NCBI GenBank assembly: GCA_025782575.1
Contig: JALGYY010000009.1
Location: 99,512-163,511, forward strand
Length of the DNA: 64,000 bases
Direction of reading: 5' to 3'
From: a bacterium
Lineage (GTDB): Bacteria; Orphanbacterota; Orphanbacteria; Orphanbacterales; Orphanbacteraceae
Position 1 is the stretch's first letter. Each line of letters opens with the position of its first letter. Of the stretch, positions 1-9,004 are shown one piece after another. A program made the translations under genes and the position numbers. The notes beneath the pieces were generated by a model, which did not search any database, was not told the DNA's origin, and saw only the letters and a program-made list of their open reading frames with translations.

Positions 1-738
1 GGCCATCATCTTCATGAAATCCAATCAGGGAACTATCCGCTGAGCGAGAAGGACATAGCGCAGCTTCAGTCGTACTACGACGGTCTCATTCGATTTGTCG
101 ACGGCGAGCTCGGCAAGCTCTTTGATGAAATGAAGCGTCTCGGGATCTATGAAAACACGATGATCGTGTTTACGTCGGATCATGGCGACGGGTTTATGGA
201 GCATGGATTCATTTCGCATAGCAAGAAACCATACGAAGAGCTGGTTCGGGTTCCCCTTCTCATTCGGATCCCTGGTGGGGAAAAGGGGGGAGGCTTGTTT
301 GAGGGCCAGGTGAGGCTGATCGATGTGCCCCCCACGCTTGTGGAGTTTGCCGGTGGGGAGCCGCCCGGATCATGGGAAGGGGTGAGTCTGTTCGGCCGTC
401 TCGAAGATGGGGGCGAAGGGAGCGAACTGCCCGATCGGATTGCCTATGCGATCAGCGAGAAGTTTGTCGGCTCTCGGGAGAATCGGATGATCCAGGTTTC
501 CGTTCGCAGGGAAGACTATAAGTATCTGATTTTCGAAGATGGTAGTGAGGAGTTTTATAGTCTGGTAAGTGATCCGGGAGAGATGAACAATCTGATCGAT
601 GAGCGAAGTGAGCTTGCAGAACCGTTTCGCAGGATCGCCGAGAAGATGGCAGCGGAGAGAACGAAACTGCAGGTCGACTCGGCGGTCCTTGATGACGGTG
701 CGATCGAGGAATTGAAGGCGCTCGGCTACGTCAAGTAG
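1..738 (+). CDS. Sulfatase (arylsulfatase family), C-terminal fragment; 5' end lies outside the window
   Basis: Frame 1 is open from nt 1 and reads ...GHHLHEIQSGNYPLSEKD...MIVFTSDHGDGFMEHGF...; this is the conserved sulfatase C-terminal region. The ORF-track Met at 130 is internal. Confidence 0.75.
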   Translation, partial: GHHLHEIQSGNYPLSEKDIAQLQSYYDGLIRFVDGELGKLFDEMKRLGIYENTMIVFTSDHGDGFMEHGFISHSKKPYEELVRVPLLIRIPGGEKGGGLFEGQVRLIDVPPTLVEFAGGEPPGSWEGVSLFGRLEDGGEGSELPDRIAYAISEKFVGSRENRMIQVSVRREDYKYLIFEDGSEEFYSLVSDPGEMNNLIDERSELAEPFRRIAEKMAAERTKLQVDSAVLDDGAIEELKALGYVK

Positions 739-792
739 GAGCGCCCCCGCAGCAGCCCCTGACGGTGCCGTGACCTTCTTCGTCAATCTCCA

Positions 793-1563
793 CTACGATG
801 CCGAATCCCTGTCTCTCATGATCGCTTTCGCCCAGCCGCCGAGCAGTTCAACCGGTACCGGAAAAAGAATGGTCGAGTTCTTTTCGACGGCGACTTCGGT
901 CAATGTCTGCAGATAGCGGAGCTGAATGGCTACCGGCTCTTCGGCAATCTTCTTGGCCGCTTCCGTCAGCTTGCCCGAGGCCTGATACTCCCCTTCGGCG
1001 TGAATGATCTTCGCTCTCCGCTCCCGTTCCGCTTCCGCCTGTTTCGCAATCGCCCGCTTCATCTCCTGGGGTAGATCAACGTCCTTTACCTCCACCGCGC
1101 TCACTTTGATCCCCCAGGCATCCGTTCTCTCGTCGATAACCGACTGCAGTTTCTGGTTAATAATCTCACGATTGGAGAGCAGATCGTCCAGTTCGTGCTC
1201 ACCCACCACGCTCCGGAGAGTTGTCTGCGCGGTCTGAATCGTGGCGAACAGGAAATTCTCCACTGCAACAATCGCCTTTTCGGCGTTCATGACCTGCGAG
1301 TAGAGGACTGCGTTTACCCTTACGGTTACGTTGTCTCTCGTGATCATCTCCTGCGGAGGTACATCGGTTGCGACTACACGGAGCGAAACTTTGACCATGC
1401 GGTCGATGATCGGAATGAGAAGAATGAGACCCGGCCCTTTCGCTCCGATGAGGCGGCCGAGTCGAAACACGACACCACGCTCATACTCGCGAAGAATCCG
1501 AATGGCGCTGGCCAGAAGAAAGACCAGCAGAATAGTGAGCACCAGAATCGGGGCGGGATACAT
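793..1563 (-). CDS. SPFH/band-7 family protein (stomatin/HflC-like)
   Basis: N-terminal TM helix, then a typical SPFH domain ([13 protein letters not shown]...[12 protein letters not shown]..) and a C-terminal coiled-coil region rich in E/A/K/R. Lies immediately downstream of an NfeD gene. Confidence 0.85.
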   Translation of the reverse strand: MYPAPILVLTILLVFLLASAIRILREYERGVVFRLGRLIGAKGPGLILLIPIIDRMVKVSLRVVATDVPPQEMITRDNVTVRVNAVLYSQVMNAEKAIVAVENFLFATIQTAQTTLRSVVGEHELDDLLSNREIINQKLQSVIDERTDAWGIKVSAVEVKDVDLPQEMKRAIAKQAEAERERRAKIIHAEGEYQASGKLTEAAKKIAEEPVAIQLRYLQTLTEVAVEKNSTILFPVPVELLGGWAKAIMRDRDSAS

Positions 1564-1575
1564 CGATCAACCCCC

Positions 1576-2895
1576 TTATGGGTGGTCCGCCTTGCGGACG
1601 TGAAGTACCAGGCCGTCGACACGTTCGACGATGATTCGCTCTCCGGCTTCGATCGTGCTGTCCGCGCGGGCGGTCCAATGGGCGCCGTCCACGAAGACCG
1701 TTCCTTCCTTGTCAATACGGGATCGAACGTCCCCCGTCCGGCCATGAAGGCCGCGGCGCCCGGTGACCGGCGGTTTCCGCTTCGCCCGAACCGCCATCCA
1801 GGCGGCGAAGAAGAAGAAGGCGCCCGAGAATCCGACGGTCGGGATAATCACACTATAGGAAACGCGAAGGATGGGATCGGCCGACCGGAATAGAAGGACC
1901 GAACCGACAGCCAGAGCGACTACCCCTCCTGTGGCGAAAACCCCGAAACTGGGGGTAAAAAGTTCGAGTATGAAGAGACTGACGCCGAGGATCATGAGGA
2001 GGAGCCCCGCATATCCAATAGAGAGTGACTGCATGGCGTAGAGTCCGAGAACGAGACAGATGACGCCCGCAATACCGGGAATGAATGTGCCTGGCGACGA
2101 AAGCTCAAAAAAGATACCGTAGAATCCGAACATGATGAGCATGTAAGCAACGGTCGGATCGTTCAAGAGTCCCAGAATCCTGTAACGCCTGCTCATGGGA
2201 AACTCCTCGATTCGGACATCCGCCAGATCGAGGGTGACGTCTTCCGATCCGACTTCAACGACCGATCCGTTCAGCGCTTCGAACAGTTCGTCCCGGCTGG
2301 AAACGACTACATCGGTAATTCCCATTTCCAATGCTTCTTCTGCAGAGAGGGAGACGCTCATCCGGACGGCATCTTCCACCCACTGCTGATCACGGCCCCG
2401 CCTGTTCGCCAGGCTGCGTATGTAAGCGACGGCGTCGTTCGTCACTTTTTCGGACATGAGAGAATCGGTCTGGCCGGATACGTTCACCGGGTGGGCGGCG
2501 CCCAGGTTCGTGCCGGGTGCCATGGCGACTTTATGGGCTGCCATCGCCAGAAATGTTCCTGCCGAAGCGGCACGTGATCCACTGGGTGAAACATAAACGA
2601 TTGTCGGGATATCGCTCGCCAGCATCGCCTTGATGATCTTTCGCATGGAGGTGTCGAGACCGCCTGGCGTATCCAGCTCGATCACGACGCATACAGCCTC
2701 GATCTCCTGTGCGTAGTCGAGGGCGTCCACGAAGTAGTTGGCGGTTACGCTCCCGATGACCCCCTGATAGGGAATCCAGAGAACGGTCGATCGTTCGTCA
2801 TCATCGCTCGATGACTGGGCGAGAATCGTGACGGCTGTAGCGAGCGCAAGAAGAGCGAGAAGAACAAGGGGTGATGATCGCAATCGGGCGAACAT
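1576..2895 (-). CDS. NfeD-like membrane-bound ClpP-class serine protease
   Basis: Signal peptide, ClpP/S49-like protease fold (GGLDTSMRKI...SRAASAGTFLAMAAH), multiple TM helices and a C-terminal OB-fold. Forms the classic NfeD-stomatin operon with the downstream SPFH gene. Confidence 0.8.
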   Translation of the reverse strand: MFARLRSSPLVLLALLALATAVTILAQSSSDDDERSTVLWIPYQGVIGSVTANYFVDALDYAQEIEAVCVVIELDTPGGLDTSMRKIIKAMLASDIPTIVYVSPSGSRAASAGTFLAMAAHKVAMAPGTNLGAAHPVNVSGQTDSLMSEKVTNDAVAYIRSLANRRGRDQQWVEDAVRMSVSLSAEEALEMGITDVVVSSRDELFEALNGSVVEVGSEDVTLDLADVRIEEFPMSRRYRILGLLNDPTVAYMLIMFGFYGIFFELSSPGTFIPGIAGVICLVLGLYAMQSLSIGYAGLLLMILGVSLFILELFTPSFGVFATGGVVALAVGSVLLFRSADPILRVSYSVIIPTVGFSGAFFFFAAWMAVRAKRKPPVTGRRGLHGRTGDVRSRIDKEGTVFVDGAHWTARADSTIEAGERIIVERVDGLVLHVRKADHP

Positions 2896-2987
2896 AGCTT
2901 GACCTCCCGCGGGGGTGAGGACTTCTTATACATAGTACGCTTATTCTGAGGGTCGGGCAATGGGGGAGAGGTCGGGTAGTTACGTTC

Positions 2988-3749
2988 TCAGTCCATATGG
3001 AAGTTGAAGATCGGGAGATAGCGGAAGGGGTGGGGGTTGTTGCCGGCGTAATTCAGAAGGCCGACCTGCAGGCCGTGGAGCTCGGGAGTTCGGTTCAGAA
3101 GGGCGATGCTGATCCCTTTCTGGTCTCTTATACCTTCACAGTATATCGCAGCGGATAAACCGGAAATGCGCTCAGCGCGGACTATGAGTCCTGCAGCTCC
3201 GATGCCGGTGATCTCTTTGGCCCCGACCGCAAGGCCTCCAATAGCGATCCCCCGTATTTTACGGCCGCCGACGCCGATTCCGCCGAGGGCGAGGCCGTTG
3301 ATTTCGCTCGCGCCGACACCGATTCCACCGATCATGACGCCGGAAGCACCGCCGAAGCCGCCCCCCAATGGCGCGATCGCGACCCCGCGCATTTCGTTCA
3401 CGCCGATCCCGAGCAGGCCGAAAGCCAACCCGTCGACTCGATCAGCAGAGACACCGATCCCTCCGCCCATCAATCCGCGCAGATGCTCACCGTCCGGGCC
3501 GACGATGCCGAGCCCGATCCCGTCAACACGGAGCACAGGGTTTTCTCCTGGACGCCAGAGAGTCAAATTCAATCCGCGGAGCCGTTCGACATTCCGGTCG
3601 ATTCCGTTCAGCCGAATCCCGGTAAACCGTTTCGAGTTTCCCATGCTGATTCCAACGTCACGAAGAGCAAGGTCAAGCGATGAGGCGACTGACTGACCTA
3701 CCAAAGCGAGCAGCATCATTGTGACGAGCAGCGATCGGTGCATGCGATT
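2988..3749 (-). CDS. Secreted glycine-rich repeat protein (hypothetical)
   Basis: Probable start at MHRSLLVTMMLLALVGQSVA (signal peptide); the longer ORF-track N-terminus is unlikely. Contains degenerate 15-residue repeats of the form G(I/L)xVGxxxIxG(I/L)xxG. Start coordinate is approximate. Confidence 0.5.
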   Translation of the reverse strand, partial: NRMHRSLLVTMMLLALVGQSVASSLDLALRDVGISMGNSKRFTGIRLNGIDRNVERLRGLNLTLWRPGENPVLRVDGIGLGIVGPDGEHLRGLMGGGIGVSADRVDGLAFGLLGIGVNEMRGVAIAPLGGGFGGASGVMIGGIGVGASEINGLALGGIGVGGRKIRGIAIGGLAVGAKEITGIGAAGLIVRAERISGLSAAIYCEGIRDQKGISIALLNRTPELHGLQVGLLNYAGNNPHPFRYLPIFNFHMD

Positions 3750-4993
3750 CACCCCCCTCTGCGGCGTGCCGAAACATGAATGAGCGAGAGACCGACGAGA
3801 AGCAACGCGGCGATCATGTAGAGAGTGGCGCTCAGCCCGTAGCTGTCCGCGACCCATCCGAAGAGGGGCGATAGTAGCGCCACACTCCATGTACGGGACT
3901 GACTTTCGATGGAAAGTGTGGTCGCCCGTTGCGGTTTGTCCATCACCTGATTGAACAGGGAGACGAAAATAGGACGGCGCATGTTCTGCAGTATTGCGAG
4001 CAGAATAAACCCGGCAATACCGGCTCCGAGCCAACCGGCGGAGAGAGTGGAGGCGACAGCGATCAGAACGGCTCCGCCGAGCAGCAGAATCATGCCGTTC
4101 GCCCGCCTGCCTCCACCGGCGAGACGCTCTGCCCTGCTTGCTCCCCAGGACGCCATGCCGGCGAGAAAATCCTGGGCGGCATAATACGCACCGATTACCA
4201 GCGCGCCGCCGCCGCCGGCGATCATGAGATTGCGAGCCGTCAACATTTCATAGAGAAAGGGCTGGAGATAGTGCTGCGCCAGCTTGATCTGGCTCTCGAA
4301 GACGACCGACTGGACGAGGAGCAGGTACATGCCGGGCGTCGCCCCAAGCGCGCGAACCCTCTCGCGGATTGGCGGGACACCTGATTTCGCCGCGTTTCGG
4401 CGCATCTCTCCTTCGAGTGACCTGGGGTAACTGAGGAGGAGCATGACGCCCGCTGCAGCGGGAACTGTGGCAGCCCAGAAAAGCGGCACGAAAGTCCCGA
4501 GCCTGTAGACCATGAAGGCGCCTGCGAGCGCGCTCACGCTGGCGCTGATCTTGGAGAAGAGCCGCGTAAAGCCGATCAGTCGGGTGGCTTCGTCCGACCG
4601 GCCTGTTCTGTCGGCCCAATCAAGAATGATCGCTTTATGGCTTCCCGTTCGAAGCGCTTCCCCGATTCCGAAGAATGTCTGTGCTCCGTAGAGCACGGCG
4701 AGCTGGGCGCCAGATTCAAGGCCTGCGCCGATCGCATAGAGTGGGAACGCAATGCAGTAACATGCAAAACAGGCTGCCAGTGCGCTTCGACGGCCGAACC
4801 GATCGGTAAGAAGACCGCTTGGGATTTCGAGAAGGCCGGTGATGAGCTTCTGGTAGCCTACCAGCGTGCCGATTCGGAAATAGCTGAGCCCCGCCCCGCC
4901 CGTCTCAGGAGACGCGAGAAGAAACAGTATGAAGAACGGCTCAAAAAAACGGAGGTTCTTCAGAATCGAATAGAGGCAGAATCGAAGGAGCAT
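3749..4993 (-). CDS. MFS transporter
   Basis: About 12 predicted TM segments and an MFS signature region (GLLTDRFGRRSAL). 414 aa. Confidence 0.75.
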   Translation of the reverse strand: MLLRFCLYSILKNLRFFEPFFILFLLASPETGGAGLSYFRIGTLVGYQKLITGLLEIPSGLLTDRFGRRSALAACFACYCIAFPLYAIGAGLESGAQLAVLYGAQTFFGIGEALRTGSHKAIILDWADRTGRSDEATRLIGFTRLFSKISASVSALAGAFMVYRLGTFVPLFWAATVPAAAGVMLLLSYPRSLEGEMRRNAAKSGVPPIRERVRALGATPGMYLLLVQSVVFESQIKLAQHYLQPFLYEMLTARNLMIAGGGGALVIGAYYAAQDFLAGMASWGASRAERLAGGGRRANGMILLLGGAVLIAVASTLSAGWLGAGIAGFILLAILQNMRRPIFVSLFNQVMDKPQRATTLSIESQSRTWSVALLSPLFGWVADSYGLSATLYMIAALLLVGLSLIHVSARRRGG

Positions 4994-5036
4994 GGACTCA
5001 GTGTAACCGAAGAGGCCCGTAGGCGGTCGATTCGGA

Positions 5037-6353
5037 TCAGGTGCGTTTCGGCGTCTCCAGTCGGTGGCACCAGAGCATCAGCATCACGGCATGGGCGAGA
5101 AGTACCGCCCCGATCATCTGATGAAATGTGGCGATCATCACTTCCCCGCCGGAGGGCGGGCCCGGCTTCGGCTCGAACCCGACCGCCAGAAGTGTGGCGA
5201 AGCCGAGAATGAACTGGACGGTGGTAATACCGACTATGGCGATCCCCGTCTTCTTGATAGCAGCAAGATCCCCCTCGATCTGAGAGACGCGCATACCGAC
5301 ATACACGGCAAAGCCGAGCACGATCACCGCTACCCCGATATGGATCAGGAGTCCCGAGTCGAGGTGACGCTGCATGGCGCCGATCGTGATCTGAGTCAGA
5401 ACGATCAGGACGAGTATGATCGAGTTTATCCGATCGCCGCCGGCGGAATCAGTCGGCACCGGATCGCCGCTCTTCTTCCATCGGCTGGAGAGAAAGACCA
5501 TGATCGAAACCATGACGCCGAAAAAGATCTGCCCGAGAACGCCGTGATAGGCGGCCAATAATGTGCTGGGAGACATATCTTCGGCGGAAGTGCTGAGTGT
5601 GGGGGTGCCCGTTACCCGCATACCGCCGAGCAGCCCCTGAGCGATCACAAGAAGCACGGCAAGAACGAGAACTCCGCGGAGCCACTTGCGTCGGTCGGTG
5701 CGAAATACATGGATTGCCAGAACCAGAGTCGTAATGCCGACTAGCGAGCCGAGCAACCGGTGGGAATGTTCGTAATAAATGCCGCCACTCATCTTGGCGA
5801 GCGGGTAGAGAAACATGTTGTAGCCGAAAGAGTTGGGCCAATCAACGACTGCCAGCCCCGCTCCGGCGCTCGTGACGACTCCCCCGGCGATCAGAAGCAG
5901 GAAGGTGGCGCCCGCACCGATCAGGCCGAACGCACCGGTCCAGTTTCGGGCTTCGCCGCTCCCATCCGTGACGGGGCGCTTCGCCCCTCCGATTGCGCCG
6001 CCCACTGCTCCCAGCAGCGCGCTCAGCACGAACCAGCCCGGTATCCAGAAGAGGGCAGATGGCGCCACATCGTTCGGCTCCCCGCTCCCCCCCCCGAGAA
6101 CGCTCCCCAGTATCAGAAGGTTCAGCGCGGCTACCAGCAGTCCGGTCTTCAGGCCCGCTTTCCAGGCTCCTTCTCGAAGGCGTCCGGACATATATCCCCC
6201 CCCCAGAACGAGGAGTAGGAGCAGAACTGCCAACAGAGCGGGAGGAGCTGAAACGCCCGGGATACGGAGAAGATAGCCCAGTGTCCACATGACAACGGTA
6301 GTGCCGAACCCGAGGGCGAGGAGCGCCCCCCTGCTGTCGTTTTCCTGAGACAT
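5037..6353 (-). CDS. ctaA: Heme A synthase (CtaA/COX15 family) with an extra N-terminal membrane extension
   Basis: COX15/CtaA signature region VTSAGAGLAVVDWPNSFGYNMFLYP, the YYEHSHRLLG His motif and a second half with HQMIGAVLLAHAVMLM. About 130 extra N-terminal residues carry additional TM helices. Confidence 0.8.
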   Translation of the reverse strand: MSQENDSRGALLALGFGTTVVMWTLGYLLRIPGVSAPPALLAVLLLLLVLGGGYMSGRLREGAWKAGLKTGLLVAALNLLILGSVLGGGSGEPNDVAPSALFWIPGWFVLSALLGAVGGAIGGAKRPVTDGSGEARNWTGAFGLIGAGATFLLLIAGGVVTSAGAGLAVVDWPNSFGYNMFLYPLAKMSGGIYYEHSHRLLGSLVGITTLVLAIHVFRTDRRKWLRGVLVLAVLLVIAQGLLGGMRVTGTPTLSTSAEDMSPSTLLAAYHGVLGQIFFGVMVSIMVFLSSRWKKSGDPVPTDSAGGDRINSIILVLIVLTQITIGAMQRHLDSGLLIHIGVAVIVLGFAVYVGMRVSQIEGDLAAIKKTGIAIVGITTVQFILGFATLLAVGFEPKPGPPSGGEVMIATFHQMIGAVLLAHAVMLMLWCHRLETPKRT

Positions 6354-6462
6354 CCGGCCGGTTCTCTCCTTTCACGAGGTATTTCGCCGATCCGTCCTTG
6401 CTTCGAATCGGGAGCGTAGTTTACCATAGACGGATTATCTTCCAAGTCATTCAGGAGTTTCC

Positions 6463-7446
6463 GTGGAAGCCATTGCGAGACAAGAAAATATAGGGGCCGT
6501 TCGTCAGACCGCCCTTCCTTCGCTCTATCTGGAACTGACGAAAATGAGGTTGTCGGCGCTCGTCGTGATCACCACCATCGTCGGATTCCTGATGGGGGGA
6601 CTTGGGGCCGTCGACTGGGCCCGTCTCCTCTGGACCTCGATCGGAGTGGCGCTCACCGCGGGCGGCGCGAACACGTTTAATCAGTGGATGGAAGTCGACC
6701 GCGACCGGCTGATGAAACGGACCCGGATCCGGCCGATTCCCTCGAAGGCGCTGACCCGGAGACATGCATTTCTGTTCGGCCTGGTGATCTCGATCGCCGG
6801 CCCCGCCATCCTGCTTGCCCGAGTCAATCTGCTTGCCGCGCTTCTCGCCATCCTGACCTGGCTCATCTATGTGGGGATCTACACACCGCTAAAGCCGGTT
6901 AACTCTCTCTGCACGCTTTTCGGCGCCGTTGTCGGAGCGATCCCGCCTGTCATCGGCTGGGTGGCAGCCTCGGGGAGCATCGGATTCGGTGCGCTGATTC
7001 TCGCGGCCGTGCTTTTTGTCTGGCAGATTCCGCACTTTCTCGCTCTCGCGTGGATCTACCGCGATGAGTACGCTCGCGGCGGTTTTCGTGTACTCCCGGT
7101 AATAGACCCGACCGGGCACTCGACGTTTCGGATGGCCATGCTTTACAGTCTCTGTCTTATACCGGTCGGATTCTCCGGTCTGATTGTCGGCATGTCCGGA
7201 TGGCTGTACGGTATCGGAGCACTCCTTCTCGGCGGGGTCATGTTGCTGCTCAGTATCGATCTCTACAGACGAAAAGGGGCATTGCAGGCGCGCCGCCTCT
7301 TCTATGCGAGCCTGATCTATCTCCCCGCGCTTCTCGGACTGATGGTGATCGACAAGGGCCCGGCACTCGAACTCGGGCCGCAGTACGGTAACGTCGCTAC
7401 CCGTCATCTCTCCTCCCCCCCCGAGGGACCGGCCTCTTCGCGATGA
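6463..7446 (+). CDS. ctaB: Protoheme IX farnesyltransferase (heme O synthase, UbiA family)
   Basis: UbiA-family polyprenyltransferase topology and motifs (NQWMEVDRDRLMKRTRIRPIPS; YRDEYARGGFRVLPV). GTG start at 6463 preceded by CAGGAG. Transcribed divergently from ctaA. Confidence 0.85.
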   Translation: MEAIARQENIGAVRQTALPSLYLELTKMRLSALVVITTIVGFLMGGLGAVDWARLLWTSIGVALTAGGANTFNQWMEVDRDRLMKRTRIRPIPSKALTRRHAFLFGLVISIAGPAILLARVNLLAALLAILTWLIYVGIYTPLKPVNSLCTLFGAVVGAIPPVIGWVAASGSIGFGALILAAVLFVWQIPHFLALAWIYRDEYARGGFRVLPVIDPTGHSTFRMAMLYSLCLIPVGFSGLIVGMSGWLYGIGALLLGGVMLLLSIDLYRRKGALQARRLFYASLIYLPALLGLMVIDKGPALELGPQYGNVATRHLSSPPEGPASSR

Positions 7447-8510
7447 CCAGAGATACGTCGGACCCCGCCCGCCCGAAACTCTACTTCGGCCGATTCGGCT
7501 GGCTTCTGACAGCGGCGTTCGTTCTTGTGATGGGGGGCGTCTTCCTTCAACTCGCTCCGCAGATCAGCAAGTCGAGAGCAACCCCTCCACCCCCTTTCGA
7601 TCTTACCGGCGCGCTCATTCCCGTTGACCAGATCGTAAACGCCGGCTTTTCGCGGGACGGAATCCGCGCTCTCGATCATCCCCTTCTTCTCACCGCCTCG
7701 CAGATCGATTCTCTTGCACAGATAAGAAGGAAGAAGTACCTGGTATCAGGGGAACGGGTAATCGGCGTAGCTGTTGGTAATGCCGCCCGCGCCTATCCGA
7801 TCAGCGTTCTCAACTGGCACGAAGTGGTAAACGATACATTGGGCGGGGTGCCGATTGCCGTATGCTTTCATCCCCTTTGTGATGCGGTTACCGTTTTCGA
7901 TCGCAGATTCGGGGGAGAGGCACTGACATTCGGCCTGAGCGGGCTTCTTTATAACTCTCACCATCTCCTCTATGACCGGAGGCCGGGCGAGAACGGCGAA
8001 AGTCTCTGGAGTCCGGTACAGCGCCGGGCGGTGGCCGGGCCTGCCGCGAAGAGGGGAGAGTCGATCGACCTTCGGGGGCCGCTTCTCTGCAGCTGGGGGG
8101 AATGGCGGACCAGATACCCTGAAACGACGGTGATCCGGCGTGACCCGATAAGAATGAAACTATACAAACGGAAGCCCTATAACAGTTACTACGGCTCCGA
8201 ACTCTTGAAGTTCCCGGTACGGCCACTCCCTCCGCCCGACAGGCTGCCACTGAAGAGCAGGGTGATCGTCCTCTTCCCCGAAGGCGAGCCTGCCCCGTTC
8301 AGCGTGCCAGCAATCGTGCGAAAAATGGGGGACGCCGGCTTCTGGGAGACGACAGTAGATGGCCGTCCGATCCGTTTTGAAAGCGCCGGATGCGATGATT
8401 GTATCGCAGCGCGATTTACCGATTCCGATCGCCCGGTCCCCGCTCTCTATTCATTCTGGTTTGCCTGGTATTCCCTGAACCCGGACGACGACCTTATCTC
8501 GATCGACTGA
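7443..8510 (+). CDS. DUF3179-like protein with N-terminal membrane anchor
   Basis: Start ATG overlaps the ctaB stop (ATGA). Conserved region NDTLGGVPIAVCFHPLCDAVTVFDRRFGGEALTFGLSGLLYNSHHLLYDRR...SLWSPVQ resembles DUF3179. Family assignment made from memory. Confidence 0.5.
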   Translation: MTRDTSDPARPKLYFGRFGWLLTAAFVLVMGGVFLQLAPQISKSRATPPPPFDLTGALIPVDQIVNAGFSRDGIRALDHPLLLTASQIDSLAQIRRKKYLVSGERVIGVAVGNAARAYPISVLNWHEVVNDTLGGVPIAVCFHPLCDAVTVFDRRFGGEALTFGLSGLLYNSHHLLYDRRPGENGESLWSPVQRRAVAGPAAKRGESIDLRGPLLCSWGEWRTRYPETTVIRRDPIRMKLYKRKPYNSYYGSELLKFPVRPLPPPDRLPLKSRVIVLFPEGEPAPFSVPAIVRKMGDAGFWETTVDGRPIRFESAGCDDCIAARFTDSDRPVPALYSFWFAWYSLNPDDDLISID

Positions 8511-8649
8511 CGGGGGGAGCCCGGCATAGCGGTCCAGCCTTCAGCCCCCAAGTGTTCCAGTGCCTTCCTACGCATCGGTCGACCTTCCTCTCAAGGAGCT
8601 ACTGCGGGACTCCGAACGGCGTCTCTCGCTGGCTCGTTCGGCCGGCCCA

Positions 8650-8722
8650 TTTAGTTCCGGGGACACAATACGTAACTCCCCCCTCTCGATTTGAGTGAGT
8701 TACGTATTGTGTCCCCGGAACC
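8650..8722. repeat. Palindromic repeat element, copy A (25-bp stem, 18-nt loop)
   Basis: AGTTCCGGGGACACAATACGTAACTC (8653-8678) pairs with its reverse complement at 8697-8722 (25/26 matches). The core matches the element at 47204-47289 at about 27 of 30 positions. Confidence 0.7.
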
Positions 8723-9004
8723 TTGCCTCATTATTTGTTCCTGCGCCATCTGGATTTATTCTCTGATAGATCAAATTAGCTATTGACACGTTTTTGAGTC
8801 ATAAATCGCTTAGAGCACATGCGCCTTGCGAGAATGACTGAAAAACGCTCTCCCGAGATCGTTAAATGAAAACATTTCATTTCTGATCTTTCGATCATAC
8901 CTCGAGCATAGTTCGTGCGTCAGAGAGGCTCTCTCGAACCCCCAAAAGCAGGGTGTATACTCTGTTCATGACCCCATGATCATCACGTTTAGCGATAAGG
9001 GGGC

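Noticed and set aside
3106-3696. Proline-rich 196-aa plus-strand ORF and the nested 3368..3625 and 3483..3683 ORFs
   Set aside because: They are antisense to the glycine-rich repeat gene. Gly codons GGN read as Pro CCN on the opposite strand, so the ORFs are a compositional artefact.
5760-6445. Several overlapping ORFs within or antisense to ctaA (5760..6218, 5833..6276, 5842..6375, 5993..6292, 6149..6445)
   Set aside because: ctaA has clear COX15 motifs in its own frame. These are alternative-frame ORFs of a high-GC gene.
8783-8810. TTGACA hexamer upstream of the HNH gene as a possible -35 box
   Set aside because: No acceptable -10 hexamer at 15-19-nt spacing, so it was not reported as a promoter.
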